From: Candidatus Baldrarchaeota archaeon
GTDB taxonomy: Archaea; Asgardarchaeota; Baldrarchaeia; Baldrarchaeales; DXJG01
Direction: 5' to 3'
Assembly (NCBI GenBank): GCA_019056805.1
Contig: DXJG01000002.1
Span: forward strand, 154,178 to 218,177
DNA length: 64,000 nt
Part shown: positions 48,172-57,029 of the stretch, one piece after another
Numbering within the stretch: position 1 is the stretch's first letter
Layout of the letters: every line of letters starts with the position of its first letter
Program-made: the position numbers and the translations under genes
The notes under the pieces: model-generated
Told to the model about the DNA's origin: nothing
The model's database searches: none
The model's input: the letters and a program-made list of their open reading frames with translations, nothing else

Positions 48172-49953
48172 TTATTTTGATGATTTACCTAGCTCCTCGA
48201 AATTCTTTCTACCTTTAAAGTAATCTAAAAGTTCATTGGTTAAATCATGTACAGAAATCCGAATTTGCTGCCATGTATCTCTATCTCTTAACGTAACGGT
48301 ATCGTCCTTTTGAGTTTGGTAATCGATAGTAACCGCTATAGGGACACCTACTTCATCAGCGCGGGCATATCGTCTACCAATGGAACCAGAGTTATCATAC
48401 ATTGCTCTAATTCCTTCATCTCTAAGACTCATCCATACTCTTTGTGCGGTACTTGGAAGATTATCTTTATTAACCAGAGGAAACACTGCAACCTGTATAG
48501 GTGCCAAATCCCTTGGTAATTTAAGAACTACTCTATTTTCCTTCACAGAATAACTGCATTCAAGTGTAGCGTAAACCAACCTATCTGCACCAAAACTTGG
48601 CTCAAAAACATGGGGAATAAATCTTCTACCTGTTATTTTCTCTGTTTTCTTCTCTATTTTTACATGTTTAGGTTCTATACGGATACCATCGAATTCATAA
48701 TAACCCTTTTTATCAAATGAGACTTTTATATCCATAGGATTAACATTTTTAAGCATACTGAACACTTTTTGAGCATTGTCACCGAAATCCGATTTAATAA
48801 TTTCCTTTAAGGGTTGAACAACAATTTTTTCGATAATTTGCGGCTCTTTAAATCGTTTAAATACTGTTAAATCAACTCTACTGTGTTCCATATGACGCTT
48901 TAGGTCATAGTCTGTTCTATAAGCATGCCCAGCAACTTCTACCCATCCAAAACGCTGCAAATAAATCTCGTGATCAAAAGTTTGTTTGGAATAGTGAGCC
49001 TTTTCCCAGGGCATCTGTTCTTTAAATCGCTGTCTTTCCCATGGAATACCCAAGCTAGAGATGAAGTATTTAGATATAACCATAAAATAAGCCTGCCATT
49101 CGGCAGAAATATAACCTTTATCAACTGCTTCACGAGCAGTTACAATCAAGGGCTCTTCCTCATTTCTCGCTCGCATATCAGCAGTCACTAATTTCAACTC
49201 TTCGTCTTCAACTTCACTTAACTTCGGACACGAAAGATCTTCAGGATCAACGAACACTTCAACTTCCATAATAGTAAATTCTCTTAAACGAATCAAACCC
49301 TTTCTCGGGCTAATTTCATTTCTCAACACTTTACCAATTTGAGCAATTCCTAGCGGTAATTTTTCTCTAGTAACTGTGAAAATTCTTTTGAATTCAACAA
49401 ACATGCCTTGAGCAGCTTCAGGCCGTGCATATCCTCTGTTTTCACTATAAGGGCCAATTGTTGTTTTAAACATTAAGTTAAATTGACCGACTTTACCAAG
49501 CCGACCTCCACATTCTGGACATTTAATATTCTCTTTTTCAATAATTTCTTCTATTTCTTCGATACCTAATCCTTCAGCAACTTTACCAGTAGCGTCCTCA
49601 ATTATATGATCTGCTCTAAATTTCCTTTTACAATCTAAACATTCAACAACTGGATCTGTAAAATGATCCAGGTGTCCACTAGCTTTAAAAATTACCTCAG
49701 GCATAATTATCGGACTTTCAATTTCAACAAATCCCTGTTTATAAATAAACCACTCTCTCCATTTTTCCTCTATTCTGTGCTTTAACTCTATTCCGAGAGG
49801 CCCGTAAGTAACAAAACCCCTAAGACCACCATATATTTCAAAACTGGGCCAAAGGAACCCTCTTCTTTTCAAGAGCTCCACAATTTTTTCATAAATGTCC
49901 ACATATCCTACCTCCATACTTCTAAAATAACCGTATGAAGCCTCAACGAACAA
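48172..49953 (-). CDS. glyS: Glycyl-tRNA synthetase (archaeal/eukaryotic dimeric type)
   Basis: Class II motifs, insertion domains and a C-terminal anticodon-binding domain. 593 aa. Confidence 0.85.
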   Translation of the reverse strand: MFVEASYGYFRSMEVGYVDIYEKIVELLKRRGFLWPSFEIYGGLRGFVTYGPLGIELKHRIEEKWREWFIYKQGFVEIESPIIMPEVIFKASGHLDHFTDPVVECLDCKRKFRADHIIEDATGKVAEGLGIEEIEEIIEKENIKCPECGGRLGKVGQFNLMFKTTIGPYSENRGYARPEAAQGMFVEFKRIFTVTREKLPLGIAQIGKVLRNEISPRKGLIRLREFTIMEVEVFVDPEDLSCPKLSEVEDEELKLVTADMRARNEEEPLIVTAREAVDKGYISAEWQAYFMVISKYFISSLGIPWERQRFKEQMPWEKAHYSKQTFDHEIYLQRFGWVEVAGHAYRTDYDLKRHMEHSRVDLTVFKRFKEPQIIEKIVVQPLKEIIKSDFGDNAQKVFSMLKNVNPMDIKVSFDKKGYYEFDGIRIEPKHVKIEKKTEKITGRRFIPHVFEPSFGADRLVYATLECSYSVKENRVVLKLPRDLAPIQVAVFPLVNKDNLPSTAQRVWMSLRDEGIRAMYDNSGSIGRRYARADEVGVPIAVTIDYQTQKDDTVTLRDRDTWQQIRISVHDLTNELLDYFKGRKNFEELGKSSK

Positions 49954-50014
49954 TGAATAACCTTAATAAAATAGTTATTGTATAAAGCAGGATTCCTTTA
50001 TGCAGAGGCATTGC

Positions 50015-50158
50015 CTACCTTGCTTTAACTCTTTTAATTAGAGGTGGTCTAGCCTTATAGAGTATCCTATGACCACAATAAGGACATCTTACCCCCGGTA
50101 GGGCCTTCAAATCTTCTGATGTCATCTGACGTCCACACTTAGCACAAACATATGGCAT
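50015..50158 (-). CDS. rpoP: DNA-directed RNA polymerase subunit P (Rpb12/RpoP)
   Basis: 47 aa, MPYVCAKCGRQM...RCPYCGHRILYKARPP. A GGAGG Shine-Dalgarno lies 7 nt upstream. It is below the ORF-track threshold. Confidence 0.75.
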   Translation of the reverse strand: MPYVCAKCGRQMTSEDLKALPGVRCPYCGHRILYKARPPLIKRVKAR

Positions 50159-50277
50159 TAATATTCCTCCTTGTAGGAACATCCTTCTCCTTTTGCTTAT
50201 ACTCTAAATTACTTAAACTCTTCGACGTGAGACATGTAAGACAAAAATTTATTTATGTTTCGTATTACTATAAAAAG

Positions 50278-51921
50278 TCATAAAACCTCTTCTGCTTCCA
50301 CTAATCTATCAGAAATAACACGAACAACTTTCACTTTAAGTTTTTTACCTATCTTATCTCCAGCGTTTTTAACAATAACAACAGGGCCTTCAGAAATCAC
50401 ATATCCTATACCATCACCTCTCCTTTTCTTAAAAGGTTCAGCTATAATAACATCGAGTACCTTGCCAATCAATTTCACTTTCCTTTCTCTATTAACCTTA
50501 CTAACTTCTTTAACTATTTCCTTACTTAAAGGATCTCTTACAGCAGGTGGAGGAGTTTGAAAATCTCCAAAAGCAGAAAATGGTAATGGCTTGAACCTAT
50601 AGATGGTTATTTTCTCAACGTCATAGGCATTCATTTTACGTATAACATTAATTGTTTCCTTAACGGTTTCTTTGGACTGACCAGGTAATCCATGGATAAA
50701 ATAAACATAAGGTCTTAAACCATATTTCTTTGCTATCTTTACAGCATTTAACGCTTCCATTGGAGTTGAAGGTCTACCAAGAAGCCTAGAATGTGTCTCT
50801 GACCCGGTCTCGCAACCTATATGAATAGTACTACCAGGAAGATAACTGGAAATGATCTCTGCCACTTTTTCATCAAAAAGATTAGGCTTAACATTTTCAA
50901 TAGTTACATATACTTCTCCATCAGCTACTTCGGGAATACTAGTAATATTTGAAAGTAATTGTTCAATAGCTCTATAATTTGGAGGAGGGTTCCTAGGATC
51001 TGTTAAAGGTTCTGGAAAAACGATGTTATCTCGCTGATAATCCAGAAAATCCGGTGCACCAAGGACAATTCTCCTTACACCTTTATTAATAAGTGATTTA
51101 ATCTCTCGAACAATATTTTTCCAATTTCTACTTCGAGGAGGACCAAAAAGAGAAGGAACTGAACAATAACCACAACCCGGAGGTATATTTTGAGGACATG
51201 CGTATCTCTGCGCAAGTTTTCCACTAAAGCAAGTACCGCATTCCGAACATTTTCTACCATCTGGTAACATTATTCTTGTCCTGTAAAAATTTGAACATCC
51301 CCGAACACATTCAACATGAACCCTACAAGCCCAGAAAGCTGGATAATCTGCAACTTTCTCAACAGAGGGGAAGAACTTATTTAATTTTTCCTTGGGAATA
51401 ACAGGACGTAACGGATTAATATGTACATTTTTTCCATTAAACCAAGCTATGCCCTTAATATTCTTCAAAACATTCTCTTCAGGAATTTTTCCATCAATTA
51501 ACCCGCTACGTAAAAGTTCCTCCAAGGTCTCTTCTCCTTCACCAATAACCGCAACAGAACATCTTGTCTTTAGGATCAAGCTATAGGGATCCGAAGCAAC
51601 CGGACCACCCACAACAACGGGGTAATCGTTGCCCTTAATTTTTCTCCATTTTGAAACAACCCTTACAATGCATGGTAAATCCATACTCATACCGCTTACA
51701 AGCAAAACATCAAAGTTATCAATAGCTGCTTTACTTCCAAGAAAATGTTCCGCCAAAAGTATTCTGCAATTTAAATCACTTCGTTCCAAGACACCAGCAA
51801 TGCTTCTCGGACCAGCACCTATAACATCCTTCGTAGATCTCCTATAATTTTTCCCAGCACCTAAAGCGTCAACAATAAGCACGTCCATAAACGCCCTTCC
51901 CAGACTCTTAAAATTATTCAA
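50278..51921 (-). CDS. B12-binding-like/radical-SAM-like domain protein with C-terminal TRAM domain
   Basis: N-terminal Rossmann-like domain, a Cys-rich core (CVRGCSNF..., CSECGTC) and a C-terminal TRAM beta-barrel (KVKLIGKVLDVI..VVRV). The radical SAM motif is atypical. Confidence 0.5.
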   Translation of the reverse strand: MNNFKSLGRAFMDVLIVDALGAGKNYRRSTKDVIGAGPRSIAGVLERSDLNCRILLAEHFLGSKAAIDNFDVLLVSGMSMDLPCIVRVVSKWRKIKGNDYPVVVGGPVASDPYSLILKTRCSVAVIGEGEETLEELLRSGLIDGKIPEENVLKNIKGIAWFNGKNVHINPLRPVIPKEKLNKFFPSVEKVADYPAFWACRVHVECVRGCSNFYRTRIMLPDGRKCSECGTCFSGKLAQRYACPQNIPPGCGYCSVPSLFGPPRSRNWKNIVREIKSLINKGVRRIVLGAPDFLDYQRDNIVFPEPLTDPRNPPPNYRAIEQLLSNITSIPEVADGEVYVTIENVKPNLFDEKVAEIISSYLPGSTIHIGCETGSETHSRLLGRPSTPMEALNAVKIAKKYGLRPYVYFIHGLPGQSKETVKETINVIRKMNAYDVEKITIYRFKPLPFSAFGDFQTPPPAVRDPLSKEIVKEVSKVNRERKVKLIGKVLDVIIAEPFKKRRGDGIGYVISEGPVVIVKNAGDKIGKKLKVKVVRVISDRLVEAEEVL

Positions 51922-52080
51922 TTATACATAACCTATGTATTTAAAACATTAACCGAGAATTTTAGAGATAGTAGTATTAATATATCAATGCAATGTAAAT
52001 AATTTACCCATCAATAAAAATAAATATCAGATAAACTTACAAAGTCAAAAGAACAAATAAAAGAAAGGAGGCGCAAAGTT

Positions 52081-52392
52081 ATATCCTTAGAAAGATGTCC
52101 GATCTGTGGTTTACCAAAAGATATCTGCCAATGCGAAGCAATTGCAAAAGAAGAACAAAGAATAAAGATTAGAGTAGAAAAAAGAAAATGGGGGAGAGAA
52201 GTAACAATAATAGAAGGAATAGACGAAAAAGACATAGACCTCCACCAACTAGCTACAAAATTAAAACATAAACTTGCATGCGGAGGAACTGCTAAAAACG
52301 GAAAAATAGAACTTCAAGGAGACCACAGAGAAAGGGTAAAAACGCTACTTATCCAAGAAGGATTCTCAGAAGATAACATAGACATAACCTAA
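52081..52392 (+). CDS. Translation initiation factor aSUI1 (eIF1 homolog), probable AUA start
   Basis: Translation ..[42 protein letters not shown]...[22 protein letters not shown].. matches the archaeal SUI1 pattern. There is no in-frame ATG/GTG/TTG after the upstream stop. GGAGG at 52067..52071 is followed 9 nt later by ATA at 52081. Confidence 0.7.
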   Translation: MSLERCPICGLPKDICQCEAIAKEEQRIKIRVEKRKWGREVTIIEGIDEKDIDLHQLATKLKHKLACGGTAKNGKIELQGDHRERVKTLLIQEGFSEDNIDIT

Positions 52393-52506
52393 GGTCATCA
52401 ACATTTATCCCTAAAATTTAGAGGCTTTCCAAAATTCAATACGAATTTATTATCCCAGCTTTTTATTTCTTAATAACGGTTTAAAGCGTAAAAAAATATT
52501 GTAGTC

Positions 52507-53457
52507 TTAAGGTTCTATTTTTATCTCCAGCTGTTTTATGAGTTCTTTATATCTATTGCGTACCGTCACTTCTGTTACATGTGCTATTTCTGCTATTTCT
52601 CGTTGTGTTCGTCTTTCACCTTCAACAATGCCCGCAATATAAATCGCTGCCGCAGCTAATCCCGTAGGATCTTTGCCCGCAGTTAAACCGAGTTCTCGCG
52701 CCCGCCTTACAATATCAATAGCTAATCTCAGTACCTTGCCCGATAAATTTAATTCTTCGCCAAAACGCCCCACAAAAACAACCGGGTCACAACCCGGGAC
52801 ACTTACATCTAATCTACGCAGCAATAGTCGATAACAGCGACCTAATTCTTTTTTATTAACCCTGCTTTCCCTACTAATTTCGTCTAAGGTTCTAGGCACA
52901 CCATGCAGTCTGCATGCTGCATATACGCTTGCAGCAATCATAGCTTCAATACTACGGCCCCTAATCATACCACCTACAACTGCACCTCTATATAGTAGTG
53001 CGGCTTCGTCTTTGACTGGTTTAGGCAACTGGAGTTGTGATGTTAAACGATCAAGCTCAGCCAGTGCAAAAGTAAGATTGCGATCTATGCTGTTATGAAC
53101 CCTCGTTCTGATTTGCCATTTTCTTAGTCTATAGATCTGTGCCCTTCTTATAGGACTTAATTTTCTTCCAAGCGCATCTCTATCACGCCAATCTATTACT
53201 GTTGATAACCCCTTGTCGTGTATAGTTGGCGTCATGGGACCTCCAGTTCTTGCACGTTTCTCTCTTTCCTCTGCCGTAAACGCTCTCCATTCTGGTCCTG
53301 GATCTACCATATGTTCCCTAACAACTAAACCGCATTTTCCGCAGATTAATTCTCCACGAGTTGAATCCAAAAGTAGTTCTCGGCTACCACATTCTGGACA
53401 CCAATCAATAGTCTCAAAAAGCTTTTTTGAAGTTTTTTCAGAATCTTTTTCAGCCAC
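52507..53457 (-). CDS. tfb: Transcription initiation factor IIB (TFB)
   Basis: N-terminal Zn ribbon (CPECGS...CGKCG), B-reader region and two cyclin repeats. A GTG start at 53457 is preferred because a GGAGGG Shine-Dalgarno precedes it. The ORF extends to 53511. Confidence 0.85.
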   Translation of the reverse strand: MAEKDSEKTSKKLFETIDWCPECGSRELLLDSTRGELICGKCGLVVREHMVDPGPEWRAFTAEEREKRARTGGPMTPTIHDKGLSTVIDWRDRDALGRKLSPIRRAQIYRLRKWQIRTRVHNSIDRNLTFALAELDRLTSQLQLPKPVKDEAALLYRGAVVGGMIRGRSIEAMIAASVYAACRLHGVPRTLDEISRESRVNKKELGRCYRLLLRRLDVSVPGCDPVVFVGRFGEELNLSGKVLRLAIDIVRRARELGLTAGKDPTGLAAAAIYIAGIVEGERRTQREIAEIAHVTEVTVRNRYKELIKQLEIKIEP

Positions 53458-53706
53458 AATATCCCTCCAAGCCGTGGACAAACAAATTAAAGAATTATGA
53501 AATATCCACACTTTATAGCTACATGATTAAGGAAATTTAACCGAAAATAATTCCTATGTTGTTTGTTATTTAAGGTTACCGATATATTTTTAAGCAAACT
53601 TCAAAATCGATTTAAATATTTTACGGATTGTGACAAAAAACTAAGTCAATCCACAAAATAGAAACCATTATTTAGCTAAATCAGAGTTTCACAAATTTTT
53701 GACCAA

Positions 53707-54672
53707 CTAAATGCCCTGTTTATACTCATTTTTAAGCCAATTAACATACAAAGCTATACCTTTTTCAATTGGGACATCTGGCTTCCAACCCAACGCCTTT
53801 ATTTTCGATATGTCAAGTAACATTACCGGAACATCACCAGGCCAACCTCTATCTCCACCTGTATATTTTATCTTTACGTTTTCCAATCCTAGGTTCTTAA
53901 TGACAATTTTAGCTATTTCACTGACAGTTATCCAATCATCAGATCCAATGTTAAAAACATCAAATCCTTTACGATGCTTTTCAGCGGCTAACATACTTGC
54001 TTCAATACAATCCGAAATATAAAGATACGACTTTTTTTGTTTCCCATCACCCAAAACCAACAGTTCATTAGGATTCCTTTTAAGTTTCATAAAGAAATCA
54101 TAAATAACACCATGAGTGGATCTAGGACCAATAATGTTTGCATATCTGAGTGAAACTGCATTTAGGTCATAGAAGCCACAATATGCCGAAATATAAGCTT
54201 CACATGCCGCTTTAGAGGCACCATAGACACTTATCGGCCTTGGTGGATAGTTTTCAGGAGTCGGTACAACCTCAGCTTCACCATACAAAGTTCCGCCACT
54301 TGAAGCAAAAACCATATTAGTTACGTCATTAAGACGCATTGCCTCAAGTACATTAAAAGTACCTTCAACATTTATTTTAAAATCTATTTCTGGCTTTTCT
54401 ACACTTAATCGGACATCAGGATTAGCAGCATAGTGAAATACTATATCTACATCCCTAAGTAGAGATTTAAGCAGATTAAAATCTCTTATATCACCTTTTA
54501 TAAACTTAAAATCCTTCTTTGACATATGATGTTCAATATTTTTTATAGTTGACGAAGATAAATTATCTAAAACAATGATCTCATTCTTACGTCTAACTAA
54601 TTCATCAACTATATGGCTCCCAATAAATCCACATCCACCAGTAACCAAAATTCTTTGTTCCAGTAAATTCAC
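53707..54672 (-). CDS. NAD-dependent sugar-nucleotide epimerase/dehydratase (UDP-glucose 4-epimerase family)
   Basis: GGCGFIGSH Rossmann motif and a YxxxK catalytic pair. Confidence 0.8.
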   Translation of the reverse strand: MNLLEQRILVTGGCGFIGSHIVDELVRRKNEIIVLDNLSSSTIKNIEHHMSKKDFKFIKGDIRDFNLLKSLLRDVDIVFHYAANPDVRLSVEKPEIDFKINVEGTFNVLEAMRLNDVTNMVFASSGGTLYGEAEVVPTPENYPPRPISVYGASKAACEAYISAYCGFYDLNAVSLRYANIIGPRSTHGVIYDFFMKLKRNPNELLVLGDGKQKKSYLYISDCIEASMLAAEKHRKGFDVFNIGSDDWITVSEIAKIVIKNLGLENVKIKYTGGDRGWPGDVPVMLLDISKIKALGWKPDVPIEKGIALYVNWLKNEYKQGI

Positions 54673-55628
54673 AGCTCTTCCCCTTTATCCATCGTTATTA
54701 TCTCGCAACCATCTTCTGTTACAATGACTGTATGTTCCGCTTGAGCAACCATACTTTCTTTCTCATCTGCGAGGACACGATATTCATAAAGAATTCCTTT
54801 AGTAGTTAACTCCTTTATTGCAAGCCTTATTGCAGGAATATCCTTAACCAACCAGCGCTCAGCAAAAGGTAAACCCTTAAATCTTTCACTAGCTAACTTC
54901 AAAAGCTTACGAGAACTTGAAAACCTTACAGGAATCCTCACAGGCAATATACGATAAATATAAGCATAAGGCTTTTCATGAACAGTCCCAGAACCAGTAG
55001 ACGCAAAAGTCTCTACAGCATAAACCTCTCCAACCTCTATAGGTTCTCCGTGCGGTAACGTGATATTTGGTATAATTTTAGCACCATGAAGCGAATATTC
55101 ATCTAATAAATGACCTGAAAGATCCCTAATCGGCGTATAACCATATTCCCTAATTTTTTCATGAATTAATTTACCAATATCATTTGTTTTAACCCCAGGC
55201 TTAATATTTTCAATCGCTATCCTAAGAGCCTCTTCTGCAGCTTCCTTAAGTTTTTCAAAACCAGAATTTAAATCGAAAGTAATTGCTGTATCAGCTATAA
55301 ACCCATCAACATGTACACCAAAATCAACTTTAACTATACTATTATCCTCAAGCACCGTTTCATCGTTTGGAGGAGAAGTATAGTGAGCAGCAATATTATT
55401 TATAGATACGTTACATGGAAAAGCCGGGCTACCACCTAACTCCTTTATAAGGGATTCAACCCGATTACAGATCTCAATTACGGGAGTCCCAACTCTAACA
55501 AGTTGTTCTAGCTGTTTACGCACCTTAACAGCTATCTGACCAGCCTTACGATACTTTTCGAATTTTTCCTCTTCCTCTACTTCCTCTTCTGTTTCTTCTA
55601 CTGTTTTTTCCTCTTTTTTCTCGTTCAA
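54669..55628 (-). CDS. map: Methionine aminopeptidase type 2 with acidic/lysine-rich N-terminal extension
   Basis: MetAP2 pita-bread fold motifs (the metal-binding region FDLNSGF.., HGAKII). The N-terminal 25 aa is an E/K-rich stretch. Confidence 0.8.
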   Translation of the reverse strand: MNEKKEEKTVEETEEEVEEEEKFEKYRKAGQIAVKVRKQLEQLVRVGTPVIEICNRVESLIKELGGSPAFPCNVSINNIAAHYTSPPNDETVLEDNSIVKVDFGVHVDGFIADTAITFDLNSGFEKLKEAAEEALRIAIENIKPGVKTNDIGKLIHEKIREYGYTPIRDLSGHLLDEYSLHGAKIIPNITLPHGEPIEVGEVYAVETFASTGSGTVHEKPYAYIYRILPVRIPVRFSSSRKLLKLASERFKGLPFAERWLVKDIPAIRLAIKELTTKGILYEYRVLADEKESMVAQAEHTVIVTEDGCEIITMDKGEEL

Positions 55629-55851
55629 TTTTCTCCCTCTTTTCGAGGTCTTTTAATAACATCAAAAATATATAAATTGTTTCTATATTTTCATCTGGGA
55701 AGGAAACAATTAGTTAAACTATGAAATTACCGTATTACGAGCCGTATAAAAAGTTTATGAATAGACATTTATTCAATAAACCTACCAATTATATGGCAAA
55801 ATCTTTTTACACATAGTGCACATTTTTAAGATTAATTACGGGGCGAGTAAC

Positions 55852-56226
55852 ATGTCTGGCAAAGTGAACCAAATAAAGCAAATACTCCAACTCTTAGAGA
55901 TAAACACACCAGGAATCGAAGCCAGCGCTATAGTATCTCTTCAAGGTCTGCCAATAGTCTCTGCCATGCCAGCAGGTGTAAACGACGATGTAGTCGCTGC
56001 AATGACAGCCGCCGTACTCAGCGTAGGCGAAAAAGCCTTACAAGAATTAAGAAAAGGAAGACTAGTAAAAATATTGGTTGAAGGAGAAGAAGGATACATA
56101 ATAATGACAACTATCGGCCGAAACGCCATACTTACAGTTCTAGCCAAACAATCCGCAAATCTAGGGCTAATTTTCCTAATGATGAAACAAACAGCCCAAA
56201 AAATAGAAAATCTCCTAGCAGAATAA
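55852..56226 (+). CDS. Roadblock/LC7 (MglB-like) domain protein
   Basis: About 125 aa alpha-beta-alpha pattern typical of roadblock/LC7 (..IEASAIVSLQGLPIVSAM..). Confidence 0.7.
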   Translation: MSGKVNQIKQILQLLEINTPGIEASAIVSLQGLPIVSAMPAGVNDDVVAAMTAAVLSVGEKALQELRKGRLVKILVEGEEGYIIMTTIGRNAILTVLAKQSANLGLIFLMMKQTAQKIENLLAE

Positions 56227-56330
56227 ATTCACGACATTTAAACCTAAATTCTTAAGTATCACGTAATGCGAAATTACATTTTATGATCAAATGTTATGAT
56301 ATCTCTTTTTCATAAATATAAGAATTATAA

Positions 56331-56391
56331 GGTTCAGTCCGCCCGTCGTCCACATCCACGAGGTCAGTACTGCAATGGAACATCATCACCC
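56331..56391 (-). ncRNA. C/D box sRNA (strong candidate)
   Basis: Minus-strand reading is 5'-GG G UGAUGA (C box) - 14-15 nt - CUGA (D') - CCUCG - UGGAUG (C'-like) - 12-15 nt - CUGA (D) - A CC-3'. The GG/CC terminal pairs enclose the C and D boxes. 61 nt, GC-rich and intergenic. Confidence 0.55.
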
Positions 56392-57029
56392 AACATACGA
56401 TACAAATACTATTAACGGTTGTTAACTAATAAATTTATCTTACCGGGTTCTGTTAACTTACTGTTGGTATAAAGACTCACGGATATACGAAGTATCGAAT
56501 GAAATAAAAGACTTGAGCTTAGTCGAAGATGAAGATGTTTGTACGTTGTTAGGCTTTTTCATAACCTATAATCTTGGACTTAAAATTTCTTCATCACACC
56601 TTTTGGTTCTTCGATTTCTCTATCTATTGCTTCAATACACCCTTTGATAAGCATCCTTAATTTTCCTGGTCTAGTTCTTTCATATTTTTAGATAGATTTT
56701 TTCTTGTTACCAATGCAGGAAGAGGTTCACTAGGACTTGATGATAAAACTGTACCTGGAGCCGAAGGAGGGTCTGAGAGATCAACAGCCGTAATAACCAA
56801 ACTGTCTCCTAACATCCTTAACATTCCTTAAAATGGACGGTTAGGAGAATGGTGGTTAGTAGTAAAGATTTTCGGAAATATATATTCTATAAGGAGGGCA
56901 AAAATCTTGCCACATTAGCAACTAGAATCATAAGTGTGGAGAAAATCTGAATGAGCGAGAATAATTAAAATTCCAAAGGGCCATGGGTGTTAAGTTGCCT
57001 CTGATGACACAAAAAATGTGAGGGAGTGG

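Noticed and set aside
52095-52172. ATG at 52095 as the SUI1 start
   Set aside because: It is out of frame with the conserved SUI1 sequence and terminates after 25 codons.
56560-56830. 55-aa minus-strand ORF (MLRMLGDSLVITAVDLSDPP...) in the 800-bp intergenic region
   Set aside because: It is short, with no RBS evidence and no homology. The region is better explained as containing the C/D sRNA plus spacer.
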